The translations under genes were made by a program, and so were the position numbers. From an uncultured virus (IMG/VR IMGVR_UViG_3300023196_001660) (lineage: Duplodnaviria > Heunggongvirae > Uroviricota > Caudoviricetes > Crassvirales), in the IMG/VR virus record IMGVR_UViG_3300023196_001660: a DNA stretch of 64,000 bases; one strand, written 5' to 3'. This document shows, piece after piece, positions 29,727-40,463 of this stretch. Position 1 is the stretch's first letter, and each line of letters opens with the position of its first letter. Under the pieces are notes generated by a model. The model was not told the DNA's origin. It did no database searches and was given only the letters and a program-made list of their open reading frames with translations.

Positions 29727-30034
29727 TTGATATATTTAAACTAATAAATACTAATAAGAATACTTTTAAAGATTTTGAACAATGGTTATTTATTAGTTTA
29801 GGTAAGAATGTAAATAGTTTTAAAAACTTTGCTAAATATCCTAATAAACTTAAGATACCTTATCTTATAGAGTATTTAGAACATAAAGGAGTTAATGTAT
29901 TAGAAACTCTCCCTTATTATCATTATAAAGGGAGTTCACATAATATGACCTTTGTTACTTTACTTACTTATGTAATTAGAGAAGAATTTAAAAGAATAGA
30001 AACTAATAAAATAATCAATTACATACCTTTTTGA
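29723..30034 (+). CDS. Hypothetical protein
   Basis: 103 aa, coupled to the helicase gene. Confidence 0.6.
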   Translation: MIDIFKLINTNKNTFKDFEQWLFISLGKNVNSFKNFAKYPNKLKIPYLIEYLEHKGVNVLETLPYYHYKGSSHNMTFVTLLTYVIREEFKRIETNKIINYIPF

Positions 30035-30035
30035 A

Positions 30036-30278
30036 ATGTATAAACGAAGAGCAACTAGAATAGTTAGAGAAGTTTATGGTAGATATAATTATAAAAGAGA
30101 TGTAGTAATATTATATATTAATAATAGACATTTTACTACTATTAATATTTTACATTTAGATAGACATAAACTTCTTTATATTTTTAGTAACTTACTTAAA
30201 TGGATAGATACGTTAAGTAAGCATCCTAGACATAGTGAAATAAGTACTAAAATAATAATGTTAAATTCAGAATTATGA
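30036..30278 (+). CDS. Hypothetical protein
   Basis: 80-aa ORF. Confidence 0.55.
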   Translation: MYKRRATRIVREVYGRYNYKRDVVILYINNRHFTTINILHLDRHKLLYIFSNLLKWIDTLSKHPRHSEISTKIIMLNSEL

Positions 30279-32692
30279 TATATTTTATAACTAATGAACC
30301 TCAACATTTAGAAAAGTATCGTAAGAAACTTTTTGATGGTATTGAAGTTCTTGAAGATAATAGAGTTTGTCGTACTTTTTTTCAAAGTAGGATTGTTGAA
30401 ATTTATGAAAACTGTTTAGGATATGATGTTGAAAGTAATGGTTTAGATGCTTGGAATAATAATACTATACTTAAAATATTTGGTAATGAAAAAATACAAT
30501 TTATATTTCATACTCCTTATTGTAATATTCAACCTTATTTAGATTTTATTAAAGAATATAAGTTATGTCTTTTAGGACATAATATTAAATTTGACCTTAA
30601 ATTTCTTATAACTGAAAACAATTTATTATATACTAATATATATGATACTATGTTAGCAGAACAAAGAATTTATATGAAATCAACTCTTTCTGTATCTCTT
30701 GCTAACCTTTGTGTTAGATATCTTGAAGTATTTCCTGATGCTATGGATAAGAATATAAGAAACGAATTTATAGATGTAGACGTTAAAACATTTAAAGTAG
30801 AACCTCGTCATCTATATTATGGTGCTAGTGATGTTAGTAATCTATTCCCTATTAAAGAGAAACAGGAGATATTAATGGAAAAGTATGATGTAACATATCT
30901 TGTTAAAGAGATTGAATTTCCTATGATACCTATTATAGCTAAAGCTGAAATAACTGGTTTTGATTTTAATAGTAAAGAATGGTTAGAAATATATGATGAA
31001 AATGTTATAAAGAAATTTGAAGTAGAATGTAAACTTGATAAAGAAATTAGAAAGTTAAGAGATAATGCTTATCCTAAAGAACACCCTAATAGAATGTATA
31101 TGTTAGGTGGTAAATGGGATAACATAAGAAAGCATAATCCTCTTGAAAAACTATTTAATACTGATGGTAGTACTAATGTACCTGATTTATTTGGTGGTAC
31201 TATGTCTAAAAAATCTCTTACAGGTGTTAAAAAGAAAGTTAATTTAATGCCTAATAATATTAACTATGGTAGTGATACTCAAGTAATGGAAATATTTGGT
31301 AGATTAGAAGAACCTTTATTAACTAAAGCTGATATATTAGCAGTACCACAATTTACTAAAACTCAAAAAGTAGATAAAAGTTTACATAGTTATCAAACTA
31401 ATGAACCTTCTTTACATAGTTATTTAACAGAACTTCCTAATAGTTCTATGCGAACTTTTATAGAAGATTTACTGCAACATAGGACTTTAAGTAAAGCAAC
31501 AAGTACCTATGGTGCTAATTTTGTTAATTATTTAAATGATATTACAAATAAAATTCATACTACATTCAGACAATGTTTTACTGATACAGGTAGAATGAGT
31601 AGTGGTGGTGGTAAGTTAGAACCTGATAAACCTAATTTTCAAAATATACCTGCTAAAGCTGAATATGCTATTAAAATGAGAAATTGTTTTATGGCTGAAG
31701 AAGGTTATAGTATTGGTACACATGATTTATCTGGTGCAGAGCTTATTATTATGTGTTCTTTATCACAAGATATGAACTTACTTGAAATATCTAAAGGAGA
31801 TATGCATAGTTTTGTTGCTCAAAATTGTTGGCGACGAATATATAACTATCGTGCTCATAAACTTAAAGAACAACATGATAGATTAAGATATAGATATGGA
31901 ATTAAGTATAGAGATGAAGCTATAATAAAAGAACTTAATAAAAATATACGACTTTCTAAAGAGTTTATAGTAGATAAAACTACTAAAAAACTCAGAACAG
32001 CTTTTAAACCTTTAACTTTTGGAGTTATTTATGGAATGTATGCAGGTAAAGCCGCAAAAACTGTTAATTCTGAAATGTCTAAAGTAGGTATTTCTATTAA
32101 TATAGTTAAAGAAGAAGGTCAAATAATTATTGATTTCATTAAAAAGACTTTTCCTAATGTTATTAGAATGGTTGAAGAAGCTAGTATGTTTGCACGTAGT
32201 CATGGTTATTTAGTTTTAAATGAACGTACTAAATCTCGTGCTTGGTTTCCTGCTATTATAGAAGCTTTAAGAGAAAATCTAGATTTTAGTGATTATAGAA
32301 CTCGTAAAGCATATCCTATATTATCTGCAAGAGTTAATAAAGAAGAAAGTGAAGCTAGAAATATTAAAATACAAGGTACTCAAGCTGATATGATTAAAGA
32401 ATGTACTATTGAAATACAAAAATGGATAGATAATAATGATTTAAGTAATGAAATTACTATACTATCTTGGGTACATGATGAAATTGTAGACCAACATCCT
32501 AATTGGATGAATGGTAAAAGTATTCAATGGAAAAGACAAGGTGGAAAAGATATGGAACTTACATATAATAACCATATATATAACAATTTTCCTGAACTTA
32601 AAGCTCAAATTATGAGAGATACTTGTAATAAATACCTAATTAATGTAACTATGGATGTAGGATATGACGTAGAACCTTATTGGACTAAATAA
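30275..32692 (+). CDS. polA: DNA polymerase family A with 3'-5' exonuclease
   Basis: Exo motifs DVE, HNIKFD, YGASD; TGRMSS...PNFQNIP; motif A DLSGAELII, motif B RTAFKPLTFGVIYG (Phe at the 762-equivalent), motif C VHDEI. Confidence 0.95.
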   Translation: MIYFITNEPQHLEKYRKKLFDGIEVLEDNRVCRTFFQSRIVEIYENCLGYDVESNGLDAWNNNTILKIFGNEKIQFIFHTPYCNIQPYLDFIKEYKLCLLGHNIKFDLKFLITENNLLYTNIYDTMLAEQRIYMKSTLSVSLANLCVRYLEVFPDAMDKNIRNEFIDVDVKTFKVEPRHLYYGASDVSNLFPIKEKQEILMEKYDVTYLVKEIEFPMIPIIAKAEITGFDFNSKEWLEIYDENVIKKFEVECKLDKEIRKLRDNAYPKEHPNRMYMLGGKWDNIRKHNPLEKLFNTDGSTNVPDLFGGTMSKKSLTGVKKKVNLMPNNINYGSDTQVMEIFGRLEEPLLTKADILAVPQFTKTQKVDKSLHSYQTNEPSLHSYLTELPNSSMRTFIEDLLQHRTLSKATSTYGANFVNYLNDITNKIHTTFRQCFTDTGRMSSGGGKLEPDKPNFQNIPAKAEYAIKMRNCFMAEEGYSIGTHDLSGAELIIMCSLSQDMNLLEISKGDMHSFVAQNCWRRIYNYRAHKLKEQHDRLRYRYGIKYRDEAIIKELNKNIRLSKEFIVDKTTKKLRTAFKPLTFGVIYGMYAGKAAKTVNSEMSKVGISINIVKEEGQIIIDFIKKTFPNVIRMVEEASMFARSHGYLVLNERTKSRAWFPAIIEALRENLDFSDYRTRKAYPILSARVNKEESEARNIKIQGTQADMIKECTIEIQKWIDNNDLSNEITILSWVHDEIVDQHPNWMNGKSIQWKRQGGKDMELTYNNHIYNNFPELKAQIMRDTCNKYLINVTMDVGYDVEPYWTK

Positions 32693-32704
32693 ATTAAATA
32701 AACT

Positions 32705-32839
32705 ATGACACCTAGAAGAACACAAGTAAAAATTAAGAGATTAGAAAATCAATTAAAAAGATTTAAAGATAATCCTAAACAATGTAAGAATATAAATTTA
32801 AGAATACAAACTCTTAAAAATACAGCAATTAAAAGATGA
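32705..32839 (+). CDS. Small basic protein (44 aa, not in track)
   Basis: MTPRRTQVKIKRLENQLKRF...; ATGA overlap with the next gene. Confidence 0.55.
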   Translation: MTPRRTQVKIKRLENQLKRFKDNPKQCKNINLRIQTLKNTAIKR

Positions 32840-33132
32840 CAAAATTTAGAGATATGGGAGCAGGTAAGAAAACTGCTCCTAAAGTAATAGAAACTTCAAA
32901 AGGTATAGTAGATTTTGTACCTACTTTTGAAGAAAATACTGTTGTTAAAGTTAAAGAATCTGCATTAGATTATTCTAAAGATTTAACTAGACTTGGAGAA
33001 CATTTATTATTAGTAGATTACTGTAAAGTAGCTGATTTAAATGATATGGTTATTGAAGTAATATATCTTAAACAAAATGATTTAAATATTGTACAAAATC
33101 CTTATTTAGTAGAACATTTTGAAAAATTATAA
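32836..33132 (+). CDS. Hypothetical protein
   Basis: 98-aa ORF. Confidence 0.6.
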   Translation: MTKFRDMGAGKKTAPKVIETSKGIVDFVPTFEENTVVKVKESALDYSKDLTRLGEHLLLVDYCKVADLNDMVIEVIYLKQNDLNIVQNPYLVEHFEKL

Positions 33133-33135
33133 GAT

Positions 33136-33531
33136 ATGGAAATATATGAATATATTAATACTTTACCTAATAAAGTATTTAATAGAATTAGAAATACTGA
33201 AGATAACGATAAATGTAAAAAACATTTAATAAAACATCTTGAAAAAATTAATCAAAAAGGAATTACATTATCTTTTTGGTTTATGCAAGATATGCATTTA
33301 TTTATTAAAGTAAAAGTTACTACTTTAAATAAAATTGTAAAAGAATATAAAATTCTTGCTAAAAAACATCCTCATGGAATGGTTTGTCCTGTTACTATTT
33401 TAAAAGATGGTAAAGATTTAAGAAGAGTTGGTAAATCTTGTCATGTAACAAAAGACGGAAAAGTACAATTATCTGATTGGATAACAAGTATTTCTAATGA
33501 CATAGATATAAAAAGAATTTTAAAGTTATGA
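33136..33531 (+). CDS. Hypothetical protein
   Basis: 131-aa ORF. Confidence 0.6.
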   Translation: MEIYEYINTLPNKVFNRIRNTEDNDKCKKHLIKHLEKINQKGITLSFWFMQDMHLFIKVKVTTLNKIVKEYKILAKKHPHGMVCPVTILKDGKDLRRVGKSCHVTKDGKVQLSDWITSISNDIDIKRILKL

Positions 33532-34949
33532 TAATAGATAAAAATAAACTTGAACGTCAACAAATTGGAGTAGATAAATGGTTTGATGCTGGAATGAAAG
33601 GTACTTATAATTATGCTACAGGTGTAGGTAAAACCTATACTGCTATTTTAGATGTTAAACGTTTATTTAGACTATATCATAATCATAATGTTATTATAAT
33701 AGTTCCTTCTGAAGCATTGCAAAAACAATGGAAAGAAGAACTTGCTAAATATTTTACTAAAAAAGAACTTGTACGTATAGAAGTATTTACTGTTCATTGG
33801 GTAGCTATTAATAAAGTAAAAATTAGTACTAATACTTTAATAGCAGATGAATTACATGAATATTTAGGAGATGAATTTTTTAAAGTTATTGATGGCACAT
33901 ATATTAAATATGATAATAACTTAGGACTTACAGCTACTTATGAAGATAGTAAAGGTAGACATAAGAAACTAAAAGATTTGTTTCCTATTATAGATAAGAT
34001 AACAGAAGAAGAAGCTATTGAAAAAGGATATATATCTCCATTCATAGAGTTTAATCTTGGTGTAACTCTTACTAATGAAGAAAGAATAAAATATAATGAA
34101 TTTACTGACGTTATTAGTAAAAATATTAATAAATTTGGTAAAAATGGACTTGATTTAGCTACTAAATGTTTAGGTGGTGGTATGCATAGTAATGGCAAGA
34201 AGTATGAAGCTTCTCATTATGTATATGGTTGGGCAAGTCATAAAGGTTGGAGAAGAAATCTTAATTTAGATAATCCACAAGATAAACAAATTAATGATTT
34301 ATGGAATCCACATCTTATATTTGGTTATGCTCAAAAACTATTAAATGCTATTAGATTTAGAAAAAACATATTATATAATTGTGAAAGTAAGTTAAAAATA
34401 TCTAAAGAACTTGCTCTAAAATTTAATACATTAAAAACTATTATATTTAGTCAATCTACAACTTTTGCAGATAAACTAAATTTATTTTTAAATGAAGAAG
34501 AAGGAAAATGTTCTGTAGTATATCATTCTAACCTTCAAACTATATTACTTCCTAGTCCTAAAACTGGTAAGTTAATAAAGTTTGGTAAAGTAAGGTTAAA
34601 AAGAGAAGCTATTGAGAGTATAAAAACAGGTAAAGCTCGTATAATCTGTACAGCATCATCTCTTGATAAAGGGTTTGATGTAGAAGATGTGAGTTTAGGA
34701 ATTACTGCTAGTGGTACAAGTAATTTTACCCAATATAAACAAAGAGGTGGGAGAGTAAAGCGTAAGGATATATTTAATAAAAATAATATAGTTATGCTTA
34801 TTAACCTATATGTAAAAGATAGTGTAGATGAACGTTGGCTTAAGAAAAGACAATCTAAATCTATACATGGAGTATATTGGGCTGATTATGTTAAAGAAAT
34901 TAGCTTTAATCCAATAGATAAAGATGAATTTACAATAAACGACATATAA
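33528..34949 (+). CDS. SF2 (DExH) helicase
   Basis: ATGVGKT, ADELH, GLTAT, SLDKGFDV, QRGGRVKR. Confidence 0.9.
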   Translation: MIIDKNKLERQQIGVDKWFDAGMKGTYNYATGVGKTYTAILDVKRLFRLYHNHNVIIIVPSEALQKQWKEELAKYFTKKELVRIEVFTVHWVAINKVKISTNTLIADELHEYLGDEFFKVIDGTYIKYDNNLGLTATYEDSKGRHKKLKDLFPIIDKITEEEAIEKGYISPFIEFNLGVTLTNEERIKYNEFTDVISKNINKFGKNGLDLATKCLGGGMHSNGKKYEASHYVYGWASHKGWRRNLNLDNPQDKQINDLWNPHLIFGYAQKLLNAIRFRKNILYNCESKLKISKELALKFNTLKTIIFSQSTTFADKLNLFLNEEEGKCSVVYHSNLQTILLPSPKTGKLIKFGKVRLKREAIESIKTGKARIICTASSLDKGFDVEDVSLGITASGTSNFTQYKQRGGRVKRKDIFNKNNIVMLINLYVKDSVDERWLKKRQSKSIHGVYWADYVKEISFNPIDKDEFTINDI

Positions 34950-35503
34950 TGATTTTATTAGACCAATATATAAGTTTTATCATAGCCAATGATTTAACTC
35001 AAGAACAATACCTATTATTACATCTATTAAAAGATAATAGACGAGATTTAATACAAAAATATAAAAATGCTTATCCTACTGAAGATGGTGCAATGATAGA
35101 TAAAAAGGCTATTAAAGATTTAGTAGATAAGAAATTTCTTATTAAAACTGAAAAAGGTTTTAAACTATCTAAAAAGCTTTTAAATATATTTGTAACTCCT
35201 GAAGTAGCTGTTGATGAAATATATGATTTATACCCTGCATTCATACAAAGTGCTCAAGGTGTAGATATACCATTAACTTCTATGGATAAAAAAGTTTTTA
35301 AAGAAATATATATACCTAAAATTATGGGTAATGTAGAAGAACATAAGGAAGTATTACAAGATATACAATATGGTATTGACCATAACTTAATTAAGATAGG
35401 TATTAATAAATTTCTTACTTCTGAACAATGGAAAACATTTAGAAAACAGAGGACACAAGAAAACAAAACTATAAACGTGCAAATTGAAGAAGATTTTAAT
35501 TAA
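34949..35503 (+). CDS. Hypothetical replication protein (possible initiator/helicase loader)
   Basis: wHTH-like N-terminus, KFLTSEQW C-terminal motif, directly upstream of DnaB. Confidence 0.5.
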   Translation: MILLDQYISFIIANDLTQEQYLLLHLLKDNRRDLIQKYKNAYPTEDGAMIDKKAIKDLVDKKFLIKTEKGFKLSKKLLNIFVTPEVAVDEIYDLYPAFIQSAQGVDIPLTSMDKKVFKEIYIPKIMGNVEEHKEVLQDIQYGIDHNLIKIGINKFLTSEQWKTFRKQRTQENKTINVQIEEDFN

Positions 35504-35509
35504 ACAACT

Positions 35510-36547
35510 ATGATTAAAAACATATTAATACATAAAACACCTGCACAAGCTGTAGCTGAAGCTAAAGAACATATACATAGAGAAAGAGATGGAGAACAAT
35601 ATGGTTTAAAATGTGAGTTTCCTAGTGTAAATATAGCTATGGGTAAGTATTTTAGATTTAATAATGTAAATCTTATAGCTGGACTTTCAGGTCATGCTAA
35701 ATCTTATCTTATGAATATTCTTACTAATAATTTTTTAGATTATGGTAAAGAAGGACTTAATGAAAATATTACTTTTGTACCTATTGTATTTAATTTCTGT
35801 TTTGAAATGTCTGCATATAATGAAATATTAAGAAGTGTTGCAGGAGATATGGGTGTAAGTTATAGTTATCTATTAAGTAGTCAATATGATAAAGATACTA
35901 AAGATTATAATAGACTTACTGATGATGAAGCTATTAGAGTAGAAGAGTATTTAAAGTTTTATGAGAATAAGAGTATGCTATTTTTTGAAACTCCGGGAAA
36001 TGTAAAAGTTATATATAATACTGTTGAACATTATGTAACAAAATATCTAGCAATAGGTAAAACTAATGGTTTAGATTATAAGTTTATTATTAACATTGAC
36101 CATACGCTTCTTATTGATACTCTTGATGAAAAATCTGCTTTAGAACTTATGGCAAATGTAGGTAAAGTTTCTATTAGAATAAGAAAAGAATTTAGTGCTA
36201 TGGTTAATCTTTTAGGACAACTTAATAATAACATAGAAGATGTTAAACGCATTACAAATAAATCTTTACATTATCCTATCAAATCAGATATATATGCTCA
36301 AGGACAGCTTTATAATGCTTGTGATAGTGTATTTGTGATACATCAACCTCAACTCTTAAAGATAACTGAATACGGAACTCCTAAAAGACCTACTGCTAAT
36401 CTTATACATTTAATTAAGTTAAAAGCAAGACATGGAATTGTTGGAAGTATTTGGCTACAAAATGCTTTAGGAATTGGAAAGATTATAGAAATTAGTAAAG
36501 AAATCGAAGAAATTGAAGAAGAAGATAGAAATTTAGAACATATATAA
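35510..36547 (+). CDS. dnaB: DnaB-like replicative helicase
   Basis: AGLSGHAKS (Walker A variant), FCFEMS, IDHTLL, LGQLN, SDI...ACDSVF, KARHG. Confidence 0.85.
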   Translation: MIKNILIHKTPAQAVAEAKEHIHRERDGEQYGLKCEFPSVNIAMGKYFRFNNVNLIAGLSGHAKSYLMNILTNNFLDYGKEGLNENITFVPIVFNFCFEMSAYNEILRSVAGDMGVSYSYLLSSQYDKDTKDYNRLTDDEAIRVEEYLKFYENKSMLFFETPGNVKVIYNTVEHYVTKYLAIGKTNGLDYKFIINIDHTLLIDTLDEKSALELMANVGKVSIRIRKEFSAMVNLLGQLNNNIEDVKRITNKSLHYPIKSDIYAQGQLYNACDSVFVIHQPQLLKITEYGTPKRPTANLIHLIKLKARHGIVGSIWLQNALGIGKIIEISKEIEEIEEEDRNLEHI

Positions 36548-36565
36548 TATTTTTCTCTTAATTTG

Positions 36566-36596
36566 TTTGGTAATATCAAAAAGAATGTTATCTTTG
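36566..36596 (+). promoter_or_regulatory. Bacteroidetes primary-sigma promoter
   Basis: Exact TTTG (36566-36569)-N19-TATCTTTG (36589-36596) upstream of the RecT-like gene. Confidence 0.8.
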
Positions 36597-36658
36597 TAGT
36601 GTTATTAAAAACGGCAATATAGAGATAACTATATAATTAATAACAAAATTTAATAATA

Positions 36659-37501
36659 ATGCTTGAACATAACAACGAAATGAATGAAACAACAAGCAAG
36701 GAAGTTAAGAAAAAACAAGGGGAAATAAAAAGTGAAAAAAGTGTGGAAAACACTAATAAAGTTCATAAAGTTTCCCCTTCTTTGACTCCTGTAGTAAAAA
36801 ATACTGCTCCTGTTGTTTTAACCTCAGAGGAATTAAGTACTCTAGATTATGCTGATTTTAATACTCCTGCTCGTATGATTAAACTAGCAGAAGTACTTGT
36901 AAAAAGTCAATTAGTACCTTTAACTAAACCTGAAGATGTAGTAGTTGCTTTAATGACTGGAAAAGAATTAGGTTTACCTTTTATTACTTCTTTAAGTCAA
37001 ATATATCCTATTAATGGTAGACCAACTCTCGGTGTACATATTCAAAAAGCTATTCTTTTAAAAAATGGTATAACATTTAAGAAAACTGAAGATGCTATAG
37101 AAATTTATCAATTTGCTAAAAAAATAGGAGATAAATTTGAAGTACTACTTGAAGAAACAGTTGATAAACAACCTGAAGGAACTAAAAAGAAACACATAGG
37201 ATTTAGAACTACTTATGAATTAAGTAGAGAAATTTTAAGACCTAGTGGTAATTATAAAGAAATGACTGTTTACGGTTCATTTAGTACTATGGAAGCAAAA
37301 ACTGCTGACTTACTAGATAAAGACGTATGGCAAAAATATTATAAAAGAATGTTAGATGCAAGAGCTTTCACTATTGGTGCAAGAGAAATTGCAGATGATT
37401 TACTTTTAGGGATTTATAGTCCTAGTGAATTAAGTGACGACTATTATGTTAATAAAAGTGGTGAAGAAGTTCATCACGCTACTGTAGTAGAAGATGCTTA
37501 A
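36659..37501 (+). CDS. RecT/Red-beta-like single-strand annealing protein
   Basis: GKELGL...SLSQIYPINGRP and A..A.L..K.VWQKY.KRML.ARA...AR...D.LLG.YS..EL pattern. Confidence 0.75.
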   Translation: MLEHNNEMNETTSKEVKKKQGEIKSEKSVENTNKVHKVSPSLTPVVKNTAPVVLTSEELSTLDYADFNTPARMIKLAEVLVKSQLVPLTKPEDVVVALMTGKELGLPFITSLSQIYPINGRPTLGVHIQKAILLKNGITFKKTEDAIEIYQFAKKIGDKFEVLLEETVDKQPEGTKKKHIGFRTTYELSREILRPSGNYKEMTVYGSFSTMEAKTADLLDKDVWQKYYKRMLDARAFTIGAREIADDLLLGIYSPSELSDDYYVNKSGEEVHHATVVEDA

Positions 37502-37576
37502 AATAAATATATTTATTAATAATCGGGAAGTTAATTTTAAACAAACTTATTAACAACCCACAAAAACAATTCAATT

Positions 37577-38047
37577 ATGTTAAAATTTAGAAGCTTAACA
37601 AATGTTCGACCAACTAAAGATTTAGGATGCCAAATTATATGTGCACCAACTGAAGGTCAATTTAAAGTAACTCCTGAAGCTGCAAAAGCTTTAAATGTAG
37701 GTGCAGGAGATTATCTTCAATTAGTAATTGATGATGAAACAGGAACTGCTTATGCTGTAAAAGGTGGAGAAGGTCTTGGTGGAAAACTAGCCGCATCTAA
37801 TAAAACTGGTGGTGGTATACTTACTATATCTGCTGCTGCTGCTTGGGATGAAATGAACGGTCATGAAGATTATAATACTCATTATTCTATTGATGCAGAA
37901 ACTTTTGTTGTAGATGGTGAAGAAGGAGAAGAAAGAACTTATTTCCCTCTTACTTTTGTAGAAAAAGTAGAAAAACAAGCAAGAGTTCGTAAAGACAAAG
38001 AGGTTTCTGTTGAAGCTGAAGCTACTGAAGAATTTGCTGATATGTAA
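37577..38047 (+). CDS. Hypothetical protein with acidic tail (possible ssDNA-binding protein)
   Basis: 156 aa, beta-rich, acidic C-terminus, own terminator. Confidence 0.55.
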   Translation: MLKFRSLTNVRPTKDLGCQIICAPTEGQFKVTPEAAKALNVGAGDYLQLVIDDETGTAYAVKGGEGLGGKLAASNKTGGGILTISAAAAWDEMNGHEDYNTHYSIDAETFVVDGEEGEERTYFPLTFVEKVEKQARVRKDKEVSVEAEATEEFADM

Positions 38048-38069
38048 AATGGTATTACTGCTTGAAATT

Positions 38070-38099
38070 AAAGCGACTATATATATAGTCGCTTTTTTT
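38070..38099 (+). terminator. Intrinsic terminator
   Basis: aaagcgactat-atat-atagtcgc-ttttttt. Confidence 0.88.
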
Positions 38100-38144
38100 A
38101 GCTAAAGACTTAATAATAATCATAATTTAATACCTAATAGACAT

Positions 38145-38840
38145 ATGTCAAACGAAGAAAACAAACAAAAGAAAGGAATGTTTGGGATTACTACTGAAAC
38201 TAAAGATACTAATAATGCACCACTATTAGTAGCTACTAAAGTAGAAAATAATCCACAATATCCTTCAGGATGGAAGTTTCCTATTGCTTATTTAGTTAAT
38301 ATTATAAGTACTCCTGAATATGAAAAGAAAGATGGAAGTACTGCTTCTATTTTACAATTTGTATTTAAAGACAAAGATAATAGACAACATATTCATACTG
38401 AATGGGAAATAGATGGTGGTGATGCTAAATTTAAAGAAAAGAAAGACGGTTTAGATAGTCGTATAAAACATATTTATACTTCTATTTATCCACAATTTCC
38501 TAAAGAAGGTTTTGGAACAGAAGCTACTACTTGGGGAGAATTTTTCAGTGAAGTTAAAAAAGCTTTTAGTAAGACTATAGGAGAAGGAGATGATATAAAA
38601 TTATATTATCCTACTGTTCCTTTATATTATAAACTTACATATTATAAAGCAAGAATTGGTTTCCCTTTATCTCCTAACTTTTTAGAAAGAGTTGTAAAAG
38701 ATAAGCCTATGAAATTACTTACTATTAATAGTGTTTGGGATAAACTAGCTCCAACTACTGGTGGAGGTGGTGGTATTCCGGGAGTTGGTACAGGTAGCTC
38801 AAGTGAAGATTTACCTACTTTTGAAAATGAATTTAAATAA
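38145..38840 (+). CDS. Probable single-stranded DNA-binding protein
   Basis: Beta-rich core, Gly-rich linker and acidic EDLPTF tail; upstream of the primase. Confidence 0.55.
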   Translation: MSNEENKQKKGMFGITTETKDTNNAPLLVATKVENNPQYPSGWKFPIAYLVNIISTPEYEKKDGSTASILQFVFKDKDNRQHIHTEWEIDGGDAKFKEKKDGLDSRIKHIYTSIYPQFPKEGFGTEATTWGEFFSEVKKAFSKTIGEGDDIKLYYPTVPLYYKLTYYKARIGFPLSPNFLERVVKDKPMKLLTINSVWDKLAPTTGGGGGIPGVGTGSSSEDLPTFENEFK

Positions 38841-38860
38841 ATAAATTAATATATTAATTT

Positions 38861-38893
38861 AAAGGGCTATACTATTAGTGTAGCTCTTTTTTT
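38861..38893 (+). terminator. Intrinsic terminator
   Basis: aaagggctatact-att-agtgtagctc-ttttttt. Confidence 0.8.
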
Positions 38894-38905
38894 ACATCTA
38901 TACTT

Positions 38906-39985
38906 ATGAATTTTGGCATATTTCCTACACTTGATAAGACATATATTCTTGAAAGAATTAGTCAAGAACAAATTATGGAACAATATTTAGGTATATCTGT
39001 AAAACTTGATATACTAATTAAATCTCCACTAAGAAAAGATGATAATCCTACTTGTAGTTTCTATTATAATCAACATGGTAGATTAAGATTTAGAGATTTT
39101 AGTGGTCATTTTTGGGGAGATTGTTTTGACGTAGTTGCTTTTGTATTAAATATTGATAGTAAAGGTAAAAAAGCTTTTCAATTAATACTTCATACTATTG
39201 CTAAAGATTTTAGAATACATAGATATAAAGATAATAAAGAAATACAAAAATACGATATTATTACTAAAAACTTTTTTAATACGAAGAAAGCTAAAGCTAA
39301 AATAATATTTAAAATAATACCTAGAGCTTATAATTACCATGATGATGAATATTGGACTAGCTTTAATATTAATAGAAATCTTTTACAACATGGTAAAGTA
39401 TATGCTGCTGAAGAAATTTATTTATCTAGAGATGGTTATAATTATACTCGTATATATAGATATACTACTAAAGACCCTGCATATTGTTATTACGGAGGTA
39501 AAGGAACTTTTAATATAGAAGATTGGAAAATATATTATCCACTTCGTAAACAAAAAGGAGAACAAAGATTTCATACAAACTCATCTTTCTTACAGGGTAA
39601 ACATCTTATTACAGGAGGTAAAATAGGAGTTATTACTAAATCTCTTAAAGACGTACTTTCTATAAGAAGTTTTGGACTACAATCTGTAGCACCTTCTGCT
39701 GAAAGTGTATTATTAAGTCAAGCTGATTATGAATTTATGAACGATAAATTTGACTTTTTAATTAGTTGTATGGATTTTGATTATGCAGGTATTAAAATGG
39801 CTCAACAACTTAAATATACATATGATATTCCACCTTATATGTTTACTAATGGAAGATTTGGTACAATAGATTACGGTGCTAAAGATTTTGCAGAATATGT
39901 AAATAATACTGGATATATAGTTACTAAACAACTTATTAATAAACTTTATAAAACTATTACAAATGAGAACATTAGAATTAAGTAG
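38906..39985 (+). CDS. dnaG: DNA primase (DnaG/TOPRIM, crAss type)
   Basis: SPLRKDDNPTCSF...FRDFS..GDCFD N-domain; ITKSLKDV, SAES, DFDYAG, KDFAEY TOPRIM motifs. Confidence 0.85.
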   Translation: MNFGIFPTLDKTYILERISQEQIMEQYLGISVKLDILIKSPLRKDDNPTCSFYYNQHGRLRFRDFSGHFWGDCFDVVAFVLNIDSKGKKAFQLILHTIAKDFRIHRYKDNKEIQKYDIITKNFFNTKKAKAKIIFKIIPRAYNYHDDEYWTSFNINRNLLQHGKVYAAEEIYLSRDGYNYTRIYRYTTKDPAYCYYGGKGTFNIEDWKIYYPLRKQKGEQRFHTNSSFLQGKHLITGGKIGVITKSLKDVLSIRSFGLQSVAPSAESVLLSQADYEFMNDKFDFLISCMDFDYAGIKMAQQLKYTYDIPPYMFTNGRFGTIDYGAKDFAEYVNNTGYIVTKQLINKLYKTITNENIRIK

Positions 39986-40463
39986 CAATAAAACAAGCAC
40001 TTATTATTTAACTGCTATTACAGAAGAACAAAAAGAAATACTTTTTAAAATTAAAAAAGAACATACAAAAAAAATTGAACAAGATGAATTACTTAATGAT
40101 TTAAGTTATAAATGGGGAATTGATTGTGGAGGAATTTTAAAAATAGGTGAAACAGCGTTAGTAAAAACTTCTGCTTTATCTAGCTATGTTGGACAATTTG
40201 CAGGTAAAGATACTGAAGGTAAAGGAACTGTTGGATGGAATAGAGAAGTTCATTTTAGAAACTACGGTAAAACACTAGAACAACAAATGGAAACTTCTTG
40301 GTTAGTTAATCAATGCAGTGAAAGAAGTTCAAGTGTACGAACTGCTTTAAAACTTATGGATGAAAAATGGTGCATATTATGGGAAATAGGTAGTGGCACT
40401 CCTTTTAAAAAAGAAATGGATGAATTATTAAAAGATAAGGTATGCATCAACGAAACTTATTAA
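39963..40463 (+). CDS. Hypothetical protein
   Basis: 166-aa ORF. Confidence 0.6.
   Translation: MRTLELSSNKTSTYYLTAITEEQKEILFKIKKEHTKKIEQDELLNDLSYKWGIDCGGILKIGETALVKTSALSSYVGQFAGKDTEGKGTVGWNREVHFRNYGKTLEQQMETSWLVNQCSERSSSVRTALKLMDEKWCILWEIGSGTPFKKEMDELLKDKVCINETY

Noticed and set aside
30275..32692. Intein, intron or homing endonuclease in polA (also checked terL and the helicases)
   Set aside because: Sizes are normal, motifs are collinear and no splice-junction or LAGLIDADG/HNH signatures were seen; the SLHSY duplication near 31380-31425 is only a short local repeat.
35510..36547. Inactive DnaB because Walker A reads GHAKS
   Set aside because: The catalytic Lys/Ser and all other DnaB motifs are retained; likely a tolerated variant.
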